The notes below the pieces were generated by a model. The model saw only the letters and a program-made list of their open reading frames with translations. It ran no database searches and had not been told where the DNA came from. Made by a program: the position numbers and the translations under genes. A stretch of 64,000 bases of DNA from Atribacterota bacterium. Its GTDB lineage: Bacteria > Atribacterota > Phoenicimicrobiia > Phoenicimicrobiales > Stramentimicrobiaceae. Location of the stretch: contig JAQUNC010000001.1 in NCBI GenBank assembly GCA_028717805.1, positions 52,269 through 116,268 on the forward strand, in the 5' to 3' direction. Shown piece after piece: positions 32,591 to 43,079 of the stretch (its first letter is position 1; every line of letters begins with the position of its first letter).

Positions 32591-33721
32591 TTGAATAAGG
32601 AAAAGATACAGAAAGGCAATCTTTTTTTCTCCATAGTTGAAAAAATTACTCCTATTATTGCTATTATAGGAGCTCTTATTATTGGCTCAATAGTTATTCT
32701 ATTAATGGGTGAAGATCCAATACAAGTTTATAAAATGATGTTCGGCTTGGCAATAGGAAATCGTGATGGATGGGGAAATGTTCTCTTTAGGGCAACTCCT
32801 TTAATATTTACTGGACTAGCTGTTGCCTTCGCTTTTCGTTGTGGACTGTTTAACATTGGAGGAGAGGGGCAGGTTTATGTAGGTGCATTTTTGGCTGCTT
32901 ATGTTGGATTTACATTTACCAATTTCCCGGCAATTATATTAATACCTTTAACTATTGCTGCCTCTGCCATAGGTGGAGCATTCTGGGCGACCATTCCTGG
33001 TGTTTTAAAAGCAAAGAAAGGCATTCATGAAGTGATTATCACGATAATGATGAATTGGATTGCTGCCTCATTTACTTTTTATTTGGCTTTAGTATATAAG
33101 GCTCCCCCCACTGAGGCTATGAGGATGGCGGGAGTGCAACAGATGATTCCCCATACCAGTGAAATAGTAGAAGCAGCAAGGTTACCAAGAATTGCTTCAA
33201 TATTATCTAAGATAAATATTCAGTTTCCCGCACACAATCCTCTGAATGTGTCTTTTATTATCGCTATTATTGCTGCATTTTTAGTTTATTATATTCTATG
33301 GAAAACCAGTTTGGGTTATGAAATAAGAGCTGTTGGATATAATCAGACTGCTTCTGAATATGCCGGAATAAACATATCAAAAAATATCATACTGGCAATG
33401 ATGATTAGTGGAGCATTGGCTGGTCTGGTAGGTACGAATGAGCTGATGGGTTATAAATTTCGCTGGCGTCAGGATCTTTTTACGAACTTAGGATTTAATG
33501 GCATTGCTGTTGCTTTGTTAGGTAAAAATCATCCTTTTGGTGTGGTATTAGCTGCAATATTATTCGGTATACTTTCTTATGGTGGTGCATTAGTTAATAT
33601 TTTTACAGCGGGGAAAATACCACGTGAATTAATAATGGTAATTCAAGCGGTTATTGTTATTCTAGTGGTTATTTCTGATGAAATTATAAAAAGAGTTATT
33701 CTGAGGAGGAAAGCAGAATAA
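32591..33721 (+). CDS. ABC transporter permease (BMP-type uptake system)
   Basis: 376-aa polytopic membrane protein immediately downstream of the ATPase. Confidence 0.85.
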   Translation: MNKEKIQKGNLFFSIVEKITPIIAIIGALIIGSIVILLMGEDPIQVYKMMFGLAIGNRDGWGNVLFRATPLIFTGLAVAFAFRCGLFNIGGEGQVYVGAFLAAYVGFTFTNFPAIILIPLTIAASAIGGAFWATIPGVLKAKKGIHEVIITIMMNWIAASFTFYLALVYKAPPTEAMRMAGVQQMIPHTSEIVEAARLPRIASILSKINIQFPAHNPLNVSFIIAIIAAFLVYYILWKTSLGYEIRAVGYNQTASEYAGINISKNIILAMMISGALAGLVGTNELMGYKFRWRQDLFTNLGFNGIAVALLGKNHPFGVVLAAILFGILSYGGALVNIFTAGKIPRELIMVIQAVIVILVVISDEIIKRVILRRKAE

Positions 33722-34665
33722 TGATTGATAGTATCTTAAATCCAGATTTTTTTGCTTCCGTAATACGAATTACAATTCCTCTAACTTTAGCGGGTTTAGG
33801 TGGGGTTTTTTCTGAGAAGTCAGGAGTAGTAAATATAGGCTTAGAGGGCATTATGCTCACCAGCGCCTTTGCTGCTGTTGCCGGTACCAATTTTACAGAA
33901 AATGTATGGATGGGTATTTTAATTGCTGCCATTGTTGGTACGTTATTGGGTTTAATACATGCTATTGTTACAGTAACTTTTAAAGCTAATCAAATTGTAA
34001 GCGGAGTAGCTATTAATCTATTTGCCAGTGGTATTACTGTATTTTTAAGTTGGCTCTGGTTTCATGAGACACAAATAATGGCATTAGATAGTCTTCCTAT
34101 CTGGGGATTTAATATTCCAAATCCAGGAGAAGCTTCGCCTCTGGTAAGAAGTTTAATAGTAATATTTGCCCATCATTCGCCGATGGTATATATTACTTTA
34201 ATTATCATCATAATTTCTCATATTTTAATTTTTAAAACTCCATTTGGTTTAAGATTGCGTTCTGTTGGAGAATATCCGCAAGCTGCAGATACTCTTGGAA
34301 TTAACGTTATTAGTATGAGGTATATAGCGGTATTGATTTCTGGTGGTTTAGCTGGTTTAGCCGGATCATTTCTTTCCATTGAACAAGCGCATTTTTTTGT
34401 AAAAGAGATGAGTGGTGGTAGAGGTTTTATTGCTTTAGCAGCAATGATATTTGGTAAATGGACACCAATTGGAACAGTTGGAGCAGCCCTTTTATTTGGA
34501 GTAGGAGAGGCATTAGCAATTAGATTACAGGGAATTTTTACTATCCCAGTTCAATTCATTAATATGGTACCTTATTTATTGGCTATATTTGTATTGGTCG
34601 GAGCTATTGGCAGAGCTACTGCACCTGCTGCTAGTGGAATTCCTTATGAGAAAGAAATAGGCTAG
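33721..34665 (+). CDS. ABC transporter permease (second permease subunit)
   Basis: 314-aa polytopic membrane protein whose start overlaps the stop of the previous permease. Confidence 0.85.
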   Translation: MIDSILNPDFFASVIRITIPLTLAGLGGVFSEKSGVVNIGLEGIMLTSAFAAVAGTNFTENVWMGILIAAIVGTLLGLIHAIVTVTFKANQIVSGVAINLFASGITVFLSWLWFHETQIMALDSLPIWGFNIPNPGEASPLVRSLIVIFAHHSPMVYITLIIIIISHILIFKTPFGLRLRSVGEYPQAADTLGINVISMRYIAVLISGGLAGLAGSFLSIEQAHFFVKEMSGGRGFIALAAMIFGKWTPIGTVGAALLFGVGEALAIRLQGIFTIPVQFINMVPYLLAIFVLVGAIGRATAPAASGIPYEKEIG

Positions 34666-34842
34666 TTTTATATATTTTTATAATATAATAATTATCACTA
34701 CATTAAAATTTGTGCTATTATTAAAAAAAGATTAACTCAATCAATTATTGTTTGAATTAATCGAAGATAATTATTGAATATATGATAATCCCTGACACTG
34801 AAAATCTTTGGTAACAAATAAGCAAGAGGAGTATTATTTAAG

Positions 34843-35664
34843 ATGAAGGAAATAGGAGAGTACTTGAAAAATAGAAGAATTGAACTAGGAATTTCCTTAG
34901 ATGAGGCAGAACAATTTCTTAAAATTAGAAAAAAATATTTAATTGCTATAGAAGAAGGGGATGAAAGTGTTCTTCCAGGCAAAACATATTTTGTTGGCTA
35001 TTTAAGAAATTATGCCAATTATCTTCAGGCAGATCAGGATTATATAAATCAACTCCTAGATAAATCAGAGCCAGTTTCTAAACCTCTTGAACCGGAGCCA
35101 CAAATCAAAAGGAAAAAACTGAGTAGACATTTTTCACAAGGAAAAAGAAAAATACGCGTAAAGAAAGAAAAAAAACCAATTAATATTATTCCTTTATTCA
35201 AAATAGCTCTGGTTATACTTTTAATAGGCGGCTTCATTTTTATTCTTAATCAATATTTACATAGAATGAGGCAACCTTCTATCCCTATAGTTGAAAATGA
35301 AAGTATCTCTCCAGAACAAAACATAGAACAGGAAATGCTTGAGATAGCTTTGGAAAATATTGAACAAGAAGAAATCTCTGAGCTTGATGGTGTTGTTTTT
35401 TTAGAACCCTTACCCGATTATAAACCAATTGAAATTATTGCGAATGATCCGAGTTGGATAAAAATAATTCAGAATGATCAAGTGTTATACGAAGGAGTTA
35501 TTATCTCTGAAGATAAAATTTTAGTAAAATCAGATGAATTAATTTCATTAATCACCGCTAGTCCAAATAGAATTACAGTATCATATAATAATAATGTTTT
35601 AGAACCCCAACCTTTAGAGAATTATCGTCTTATAAGTTACCAAATTTTGCCTAGCAATAATTAG
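34843..35664 (+). CDS. rodZ: RodZ-like cytoskeleton protein (XRE-type HTH, single TM helix, C-terminal DUF4115-like domain)
   Basis: IGEYLKNRRIELGISLDEAEQFLKIRKKYLIAIEEGD HTH, a TM helix IIPLFKIALVILLIGGFIFIL, and a beta-rich C-terminus. It lies upstream of recA, as B. subtilis ymfM does. Confidence 0.6.
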   Translation: MKEIGEYLKNRRIELGISLDEAEQFLKIRKKYLIAIEEGDESVLPGKTYFVGYLRNYANYLQADQDYINQLLDKSEPVSKPLEPEPQIKRKKLSRHFSQGKRKIRVKKEKKPINIIPLFKIALVILLIGGFIFILNQYLHRMRQPSIPIVENESISPEQNIEQEMLEIALENIEQEEISELDGVVFLEPLPDYKPIEIIANDPSWIKIIQNDQVLYEGVIISEDKILVKSDELISLITASPNRITVSYNNNVLEPQPLENYRLISYQILPSNN

Positions 35665-35675
35665 TTAAATAAAAA

Positions 35676-36251
35676 ATGGGAAAAATTATTTATCCTAATC
35701 CAGTCAAATTAATATTTAGCATTATCAGCGGCGAGGATAAACTTTTTTTTGAAGCAAAGGATTTACTAATAACTTTTTTCGGAATAATTGATATGGAAAG
35801 TGACTTTCAACCGTTTGATTATACCAGTTATTATCGAGATGAAATGGGAGAGGGATTAAAACAAAAGATAGTATCTTTTGAAAAATTAATATTTCCTGAC
35901 CAATTAAGTCAGATAAAGTGTAGTAGTAATAAATGGGAGTTTTTATTCAGTTCTTATCGCAATCATTCTTATGCATCAGGAGAAAAGAAGAGAAAAGTAA
36001 ATTTTGATCCAGGTTATTTAACATTGAACAAGTTCATCTTGGCAAGCACTAAAGATGGTCCTGCTAGAATTTATCTTACACAGGGGATATTTGCTGAAAT
36101 AACTCTGAGATTTATCAACAAAACATATTGTCCTTTAGAATGGACTTATCAAAACTATAAAACCGAATCATATATATCTTTTCTAAATAAAGTAAGAGAA
36201 CAATATAAGAAACAGATAAATTATTATGCTAACATCAATTATAATATATAA
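35676..36251 (+). CDS. Hypothetical protein, 191 aa (possibly DUF4416-like), no recognisable catalytic motif
   Basis: Clean ORF with a start 11 nt after the rodZ stop. I cannot recognise a family with confidence. Confidence 0.4.
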   Translation: MGKIIYPNPVKLIFSIISGEDKLFFEAKDLLITFFGIIDMESDFQPFDYTSYYRDEMGEGLKQKIVSFEKLIFPDQLSQIKCSSNKWEFLFSSYRNHSYASGEKKRKVNFDPGYLTLNKFILASTKDGPARIYLTQGIFAEITLRFINKTYCPLEWTYQNYKTESYISFLNKVREQYKKQINYYANINYNI

Positions 36252-36282
36252 AATATAAGGGAACAGCATCAATATTAACGAT

Positions 36283-36858
36283 ATGATAAGGACATTTATT
36301 GCTATTAACTTAGAGAGTGAAATCAAAGAATATATTTCTAAAATACAAGGAGATATCGCACAGTTAAGAAATAGCTGTAACATGAAGATCAAGTTTATCG
36401 AAAAAGATAATCTTCACATTTCTTTAAAGTTTTTAGGTGATTTAAATTCAATAGAGATAGAAAAAATCAAAATCACATTACAAAATATTTCCAATGAATA
36501 CAGACAATTTACTATTGGACTATCCAAAAATGTTGGTATTTTCCCCAATTTCATAAGACCAAGAGTTCTCTGGATAGGTATTGAAAAAGGAAATGGTACA
36601 CTTCTAAAAATATTCCAATCAATTGAGAAGGAATTGAGATTAGAATCATATTATCAGAAAGAGAATCAATTTACAGCACATATAACCCTGGCTAGGATAA
36701 AATACTTAAAATATCCCAAAATATTGAATGATTATATAAGAGATATTCAGATTAATTCTATATCACAGAGAATAAAAGCCATTGATCTTATGGAAAGTCA
36801 ATTAACCAAAGATGGTCCGATTTATAAGATTATTAGTAGCTTTACACTTGTGACTTAA
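36283..36858 (+). CDS. thpR: RNA 2',3'-cyclic phosphodiesterase / 2'-5' RNA ligase ThpR (2H phosphoesterase)
   Basis: Two H-x-[ST]-x motifs (HISLKFLGD and HITLARI), 191 aa. Confidence 0.8.
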   Translation: MIRTFIAINLESEIKEYISKIQGDIAQLRNSCNMKIKFIEKDNLHISLKFLGDLNSIEIEKIKITLQNISNEYRQFTIGLSKNVGIFPNFIRPRVLWIGIEKGNGTLLKIFQSIEKELRLESYYQKENQFTAHITLARIKYLKYPKILNDYIRDIQINSISQRIKAIDLMESQLTKDGPIYKIISSFTLVT

Positions 36859-36993
36859 GTAAGATTTCAATGTTTTTGCAATGTCTTTTTTTAATATATT
36901 AATTAATGAAATTACCAGTTTTAAAAATATTTTTACTACTTAAAAGGTGAATTAGATATAAATTGAATCAAATTGTTAAAGAGGAGTTATTTT

Positions 36994-38034
36994 ATGAAAG
37001 AGGATAAAAACAATGTTTCGGAAAGGGAAAAAGCTTTAAAAATGGCAATGGACAATATTGAACATCGTTTCGGGAAAGGTTCTATTATGAAGTTTAGTGA
37101 CCGACCGAAAGTTGCCGGCAGTAATATTATTTCTACTGGCTCCTTAGCACTTGATATTGCATTAGGTATTGGTGGTGTGCCTAGAGGAAGAATAGTAGAA
37201 ATCTATGGGCCCGAATCATCAGGAAAGACTACTTTGGCTTTAAATATGATTGCAGAAGCCCAGAGGCATAAGGGAATAGCTGCATTTATTGATGCAGAGC
37301 ATGCTCTTGATCCGGTTTATGCCAAAAATATTGGTATTAATATTGACGAACTTATTATTTCTCAACCAGATACTGGGGAACAGGCATTGGAAATTACTGA
37401 ATCTTTAGTTAGAAGCAATGCAGTTGATATTATTGTTATTGATTCTGTAGCAGCTCTGGTTCCTAAAGCTGAAATTGAGGGGGATATGGGTGATGCTTCA
37501 ATGGGCTTACAAGCTCGCTTGATGTCTCAAGCGCTGAGAAAATTAACGGCAATTATTAATAAGTCTAGAACAACGACAGTATTTGTTAACCAAATAAGAG
37601 AAAAAATTGGCATTATCTTTGGAAATCCAGAAACAACTCCAGGAGGAAGGGCCTTAAAATTTTATGCCTCCATTAGATTAGATATCAGAAAGAAAGCTTC
37701 TATTAAAAAGAATGAATCCAATATTGGCATAACAGTAAAAGTAAAAGTTGTGAAAAATAAGATGGCTCCACCATTCCAGGAAGCTGATTTTGATATTATT
37801 TTCGGCAAAGGTATTTCAAAAGATGGAGATATATTCAATTTAGGCTACCAATATGGAATAATTCAAAAATCAGGTACTTGGTTTTCTTACAATGATATGC
37901 AATTAGGCCAGGGAAAAGAGAACACAAAATCTTTCTTATCAGAAAATCCTGAATTAGTTAGGGAAATTGAAAAGAAAATATTGAAGGCGGCGAATCTTCC
38001 CAATATAGAAAATAATTCATCTGATGAACAATAA
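36994..38034 (+). CDS. recA: Recombinase RecA
   Basis: GPESSGKTT Walker [35 protein letters not shown] 36994 lies 7 nt after agaggag. The six-frame ORF starts at 36973. Confidence 0.97.
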   Translation: MKEDKNNVSEREKALKMAMDNIEHRFGKGSIMKFSDRPKVAGSNIISTGSLALDIALGIGGVPRGRIVEIYGPESSGKTTLALNMIAEAQRHKGIAAFIDAEHALDPVYAKNIGINIDELIISQPDTGEQALEITESLVRSNAVDIIVIDSVAALVPKAEIEGDMGDASMGLQARLMSQALRKLTAIINKSRTTTVFVNQIREKIGIIFGNPETTPGGRALKFYASIRLDIRKKASIKKNESNIGITVKVKVVKNKMAPPFQEADFDIIFGKGISKDGDIFNLGYQYGIIQKSGTWFSYNDMQLGQGKENTKSFLSENPELVREIEKKILKAANLPNIENNSSDEQ

Positions 38035-38680
38035 TTACCAAATAACTAATATTAAAGTTAAGAAAAACAATATATATAGAGTAAAAATATACATCAATAA
38101 TGAATTCTTTGCAGAAATTGATTCATCTATTATAAATGATTTAGATCTTTATATCAGTAAAACAGTCTCTCAAAATATTTTGGATATTATTCAACAAAAA
38201 TGTAAACTATCAGAAGCCAAGAATGAAGCTATTAGATTTTTATCTTATAGACCTCGCTCTAAATGGGAGGTTAAAAAGAAATTAAGAGATAAAAAATATC
38301 AATTAAATACAATAAATGATGTAATCAATTGGTTAAAATATGAGAATCTTATTGATGACCGAGAATTTTCTATACAGTGGATAAAATATCAAATTAATAA
38401 AAAACCTGCTGGAAAAATAAAATTAAGAAACGAGCTATATAAAAAAGGAGTCAAGAGAGAAATCATTGATAACGTTATTAATTCATTTTTTGAACAGGAT
38501 GAATGTGAGTTATCATTAGCTTACAAGTTAATCAGGAAAAAACGCAATTCTCTTCAAGCAAAAAACATAAAGATAGAACCCCAGAAAATTATTAATTTGT
38601 TAAGGAGTCAGGGTTTCTCTAATCCAATTATCCAACAAGTATATAATGAATTTATTAATGGCGAAAATACTGAACCATGA
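38024..38680 (+). CDS. recX: RecA regulator RecX
   Basis: [23 protein letters not shown] with a three-helix repeat architecture. It overlaps the recA stop. Confidence 0.8.
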   Translation: MNNNYQITNIKVKKNNIYRVKIYINNEFFAEIDSSIINDLDLYISKTVSQNILDIIQQKCKLSEAKNEAIRFLSYRPRSKWEVKKKLRDKKYQLNTINDVINWLKYENLIDDREFSIQWIKYQINKKPAGKIKLRNELYKKGVKREIIDNVINSFFEQDECELSLAYKLIRKKRNSLQAKNIKIEPQKIINLLRSQGFSNPIIQQVYNEFINGENTEP

Positions 38681-38891
38681 TAAAATTTAAGAATTTTAAT
38701 CAATTTGACTTTTATTTTATTAAGAGATAAAATATTAAAGTTAATTAAAATGAGATAATTTTTATGTTTTGTGCCGATATTTTTAAGATAAATTATGGTA
38801 TTGAAAATTATTCTTTAATAATTTTATAGGTTTGAAACACTAAGTATTTGCTTTAAACTATAATTTTTGTACCTTTTAAATTGAATAGGGG

Positions 38892-40433
38892 GTGAAAGCT
38901 ATTAGCATATACATTATATCTATTTTAATTATTTTGATTGGAATATTCATAGGCTTTTTCTTAGCCAATTTTATAGCAAAAACAAAATTGTCTGTTTGTG
39001 AAGAAAATGGCAAGAAAATAATTGAAAATGCAAAAAAGGAAGCTGAATCAATCAAAAAAGAAGCACAATTGCAAGCCAAGGAAGAAACATATCAGATTAT
39101 CCGGCAAAATGAAATAGAATGTCAACAAAAAAGATCAAAATTAGAAAGCATAAATGAACAACTAATAAAGAAAAGCAATAATCTGGTGCAGAAAATAGAA
39201 TTGATTGAAAACAAACAGAAACAAATCGACGTAAAAGAAAAGGAAGTAGAACAAAAACTACAAGAAATAAATCAGCTTTGCCAAAAACAAAGAGATGAGT
39301 TATTGAGAATATCCAAGTTAAATATTGAAGAAGCCAAGATAGACTTACTTAATCTTCTTGAAAAGGAATTAAGTCATGAAGCAGGTAAGATTATAAAGAA
39401 TATTGAAGAGAAAGCCAAAGAAGAAGGCGAAAAGAAGGCACAAAACATTCTATCTCTGGCAATTCAACGTTATTCTTCTGAATATACAGTAGAGTCAACG
39501 ATATCCGTAGTTCCTCTTCCCAATGAAGAAATGAAGGGTAGAATAATTGGTAGGGAAGGTAGAAATATACGGACTTTTGAACGAATTGCAGGTGTAGATC
39601 TTATTGTGGATGACACACCAGAAGCAGTTATTATATCTGGTTTTGATCCTATAAGACGTGAAATTGCCAGAATTGCTTTGGAAAAATTAATTACAGATGG
39701 CAGGATTCAGCCAGCTAGAATAGAAGAAGTAATAGATTCTTCAAAGAAGATCGTTGAAAACAATATTAAAGAAGAAGGCGAAAAAGCTGTATTTGAGACA
39801 AATGTTAGAAATCTAAATCCAAAACTAATTAATACTTTAGGTAAACTAAAATATAGAACAAGTTATGGACAGAATGTTTTGCAACATTCCAAAGAAGTAG
39901 CATATTTTGCAGGGATAATGGCAGATGAACTTGGCTTAAATACAAGTTTATGCAGAAGAGCGGGACTACTTCACGATATCGGAAAATCTGCTGACGTTGA
40001 AGTTGAAGGACCACATGCATTAATAGGTGCGGATATTGCTAGAAAAAATGGGGAATCGCCTAAAGTGGTTAACGCTATTGCTGCTCATCATGAAGATGAA
40101 AAACCTGAGACGGCAGAAGCAATATTAATACAAGCTGCAGATGCTATCTCCGCTTCTAGACCAGGTGCCAGAAGAGAGATGCTGGAAACTTATATTAAGA
40201 GGTTGCAACAATTAGAAGAAATTGCCAATTCATTTGAAGGAGTAGAAAAATCTTATGCTATTCAGGCTGGTCGTGAGATAAGGATTATTGTGAATCCTTT
40301 AGAAATAGATGATTATTTAGCAGCAAAACTTTCCAGAGATATTTCTAAAAAAGTTGAAAAGAATATTGATTATCCTGGCCAAGTAAAGATTAATGTTATT
40401 AGAGAAACACGCTCTGTAGAATATGCTAAGTAA
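38892..40433 (+). CDS. rny: Ribonuclease Y
   Basis: N-terminal TM helix, a coiled coil, a KH domain ([12 protein letters not shown]) and an HD domain (LLHDIGK). GTG start. Confidence 0.95.
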   Translation: MKAISIYIISILIILIGIFIGFFLANFIAKTKLSVCEENGKKIIENAKKEAESIKKEAQLQAKEETYQIIRQNEIECQQKRSKLESINEQLIKKSNNLVQKIELIENKQKQIDVKEKEVEQKLQEINQLCQKQRDELLRISKLNIEEAKIDLLNLLEKELSHEAGKIIKNIEEKAKEEGEKKAQNILSLAIQRYSSEYTVESTISVVPLPNEEMKGRIIGREGRNIRTFERIAGVDLIVDDTPEAVIISGFDPIRREIARIALEKLITDGRIQPARIEEVIDSSKKIVENNIKEEGEKAVFETNVRNLNPKLINTLGKLKYRTSYGQNVLQHSKEVAYFAGIMADELGLNTSLCRRAGLLHDIGKSADVEVEGPHALIGADIARKNGESPKVVNAIAAHHEDEKPETAEAILIQAADAISASRPGARREMLETYIKRLQQLEEIANSFEGVEKSYAIQAGREIRIIVNPLEIDDYLAAKLSRDISKKVEKNIDYPGQVKINVIRETRSVEYAK

Positions 40434-40467
40434 ATTATAATTTGGATTATACATTACGAGTTGATAG

Positions 40468-40505
40468 AGAAGGAGGTATGTTAAGAAATATCTCCTTCTT
40501 TTTTC
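40468..40505 (+). terminator. Intrinsic terminator after rny: 12-bp stem (one G-U pair), 8-nt loop, TTTTTT tail
   Basis: agaaggaggtat-gttaagaa-atatctccttct-tttttc. Confidence 0.6.
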
Positions 40506-40709
40506 ATTAAAGGCATTATTTTGTATTGAAACATATATTTTTACATTAGTCAGCAAAGAAGATAGTTTTACCATAAAGATTAAGCTATTTTAGTAGATAA
40601 TGTTCTTGAAATTTTAGGGTGAGCAATCTTACCCTGTTAGATTAACTGACATGATGCAGTAGAAATAAGCAAACAGGAGAAGGTAAATAGAAATTGTCTT
40701 ATTAGAGAA

Positions 40710-42083
40710 ATGATGTTTGATATGAATAGAAAAGATAAAAATATATTATATTATTATATTAAAACATTTGGTTGTCAAATGAATGTGAATGACTCTGAAT
40801 ATTTGGCAGGTCAACTCGAAGATATTGGTTATGTAATGACATCAGATTTGAATAAAGCTGACCTTATTATCTTAAATACCTGTTGCGTTAGAGAAAAGGT
40901 AGAGCAAAAGATTTACAGTTTAGCAGGTATAATCAATAAAATTAAGAAGGAAAAGCCCGAACTTATTTTTGGAATCTGTGGTTGTCTGGCTCAGAAGGAA
41001 AAAGAAAATATCCAAAAAAAAGCACCTACAGTTGATTTAATATTTGGACCATCTCAAATTACTTCATTCATAGAGATATTAGAGCTTTACTGGCAAAATA
41101 AAGGAATGAAAACCATTACTTTATGTGATAATACAGAATTATTACAATTAGCAAACAAACCGATAAAATACCATAGCTCCATTACAGCATATGTCCAAAT
41201 TATGAAAGGATGTAATAATTTTTGTTCTTATTGTATTGTTCCCTATACTAGAGGCTTTGAAGAAAGCAGATCTTTACAAGAGATATTAAATGAAATTGAA
41301 AAATTAGTAAAGAAAAACTATAAAGAGATAATATTGTTGGGACAGAATGTTAATTCTTATGGAAAAGATCTAAGTAATGGAGATAATTTTTTAACGTTAC
41401 TTTCAAAAATTAATGACATAAATGGAATTGAAAGAATCAGATTCATTACTTCACATCCCAAAGATTTCAATCTTGATTTAATTAAAGTTATTAAAAATGG
41501 TAATAAAATTTGCGAACATATTCATTTACCTCTTCAATCCGGATCAGATAGGATATTACAAGAAATGAATAGAAAGTACAATATGGAACAATATTACAAT
41601 ATTATTAATAATATTAGGAAATATATTCCTGAAGCCAGTATTACTACTGACGTAATGGTTGGTTTTCCAGGGGAAAAAGAAGGAGATTTTCAAGAAACAG
41701 TTAAAACCTTTCAAAATATTCAGTTTGATTCTGCTTATACCTTTATCTATTCTAATCGAAAAGAGACTCTATCCTCTTTTTTTGGGCAAGAAGTAACCCT
41801 TTTAACTAAGAAAAAACGTTTGTGGACCTTATTAAAAATACAAAATAATATAACTACCAGAATAAATCAACATTTAATAGGTAAAACAATAGAAATACTG
41901 GTTGAAAATAAATCTAAAAAGGGAATAGAAAAGCAATATTGGGGAAAAACAAGAACAAATAAAATAGTTGTTTTTAGCTGTTCTGATGATAATAATGATT
42001 TGTTAGGTAAATTAGTCAATGTGGAAATCAAACAGGCAGATTCTTATACCTTGTTTGGGGAGTTGGTTGATGTTAAATATTAA
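40710..42083 (+). CDS. miaB: tRNA-i6A37 methylthiotransferase MiaB
   Basis: YIKTFGCQMNVNDSE N-terminus, radical SAM CNNFCSYC motif, TRAM C-terminus. Confidence 0.9.
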   Translation: MMFDMNRKDKNILYYYIKTFGCQMNVNDSEYLAGQLEDIGYVMTSDLNKADLIILNTCCVREKVEQKIYSLAGIINKIKKEKPELIFGICGCLAQKEKENIQKKAPTVDLIFGPSQITSFIEILELYWQNKGMKTITLCDNTELLQLANKPIKYHSSITAYVQIMKGCNNFCSYCIVPYTRGFEESRSLQEILNEIEKLVKKNYKEIILLGQNVNSYGKDLSNGDNFLTLLSKINDINGIERIRFITSHPKDFNLDLIKVIKNGNKICEHIHLPLQSGSDRILQEMNRKYNMEQYYNIINNIRKYIPEASITTDVMVGFPGEKEGDFQETVKTFQNIQFDSAYTFIYSNRKETLSSFFGQEVTLLTKKKRLWTLLKIQNNITTRINQHLIGKTIEILVENKSKKGIEKQYWGKTRTNKIVVFSCSDDNNDLLGKLVNVEIKQADSYTLFGELVDVKY

Positions 42084-43023
42084 CAAAATAATTGTTCTTA
42101 CCGGTCCGACCTCTAGTGGAAAAACAGAAATATCCATCAAAATTGCCCAGATTATACCAGATTTGGAAATTATCTCTGCTGATTCAATGCAAATCTATAA
42201 AGATATGGATATTGGTACAGATAAACCAGGAGAGGAAATACTAAATAAATATAAACATCATTGTATTAGTTTAATTGAACCATCAGAAAGTTATGATGTT
42301 AAACAATATACTAAACAAGCACAAAAATGTATTTATGATATATTAACTCGAAATAAAAAACCTATTATTGTGGGGGGAACGGGGCTTTACATTAAAACAC
42401 TTATCAATCCAATATTTCGAGGTCCCGGTCGAAACCAAAAAATTAGAGATGAATTAACTGAATTAGCTAAAGAGAAGGGGAATATATTTTTATATGAGAA
42501 ACTTAAGGAATGTGACTTAGAATATTCCAAGAAAATAAGCATTAATGACACCAGAAGAATAATAAGGGCTTTAGAAGTTTTTTATTTAACTGGTAAACCA
42601 GTATCATATTTTCATAATAAAGAAGATAACCATAAAAATAAAGCAAAATACCAGTATTACATTATATGTATTTACAGGAACAGAGAAAACCTCTATAAAA
42701 GAATTAATTATCGTGTTAACAAAATGGTTGAAAATGGATTGATAGATGAAACTAAAGAATTAATAAACAAATACAATAATATTAATATGAATGCCATGCA
42801 AGGTTTAGGTTATAAACAAATAGTGGATTATTTGCAAGGGGAAAAATCACAAGAAGAATCAATTGAGATAATTAAAAAAGAAACCCGTCATTTTGCGAAA
42901 AGACAGTTAAGCTGGTTCAAAAATCAAATAGAGATAGATTATTGGATCAATTTAGATGACTATTCAGATATACAACAGTGCATTACAGAGATAGTTGAAA
43001 TAATGAAGAGAGAAGGATACTAA
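42070..43023 (+). CDS. miaA: tRNA dimethylallyltransferase MiaA
   Basis: IIVLTGPTSSGKTEISIKIA P-loop. ATG 42070 is in frame with the track ORF that starts at 42019. Confidence 0.9.
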   Translation: MLNINKIIVLTGPTSSGKTEISIKIAQIIPDLEIISADSMQIYKDMDIGTDKPGEEILNKYKHHCISLIEPSESYDVKQYTKQAQKCIYDILTRNKKPIIVGGTGLYIKTLINPIFRGPGRNQKIRDELTELAKEKGNIFLYEKLKECDLEYSKKISINDTRRIIRALEVFYLTGKPVSYFHNKEDNHKNKAKYQYYIICIYRNRENLYKRINYRVNKMVENGLIDETKELINKYNNINMNAMQGLGYKQIVDYLQGEKSQEESIEIIKKETRHFAKRQLSWFKNQIEIDYWINLDDYSDIQQCITEIVEIMKREGY

Positions 43024-43051
43024 AATAATTGATATTATAAAAATATTTTAT

Positions 43052-43079
43052 TGTTCCGATAATATATCTTATGTAAAGT
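43052..43079. other. dif: Candidate dif site (XerC/XerD chromosome dimer resolution site): TGTTCCGATAA-TATATC-TTATGTAAAGT
   Basis: It matches the B. subtilis dif ACTTCCTAGAA-TATATA-TTATGTAAACT at 22 of 28 positions, with 10 of 11 in the XerD arm. It lies 29 bp after the miaA stop, at the point where gene orientation switches from + to -. Confidence 0.5.

Noticed and set aside
36859-36993. LexA/Cheo box (GAAC-N4-GTTC) upstream of recA
   Set aside because: I found no match in the 135-bp upstream region, and no lexA gene lies in the window, so SOS regulation cannot be asserted.
40506-40709. Weak hairpin agggtgagcaatcttaccct upstream of miaB as a regulatory element
   Set aside because: The stem is only 5 bp with a 10-nt loop, too weak to call.
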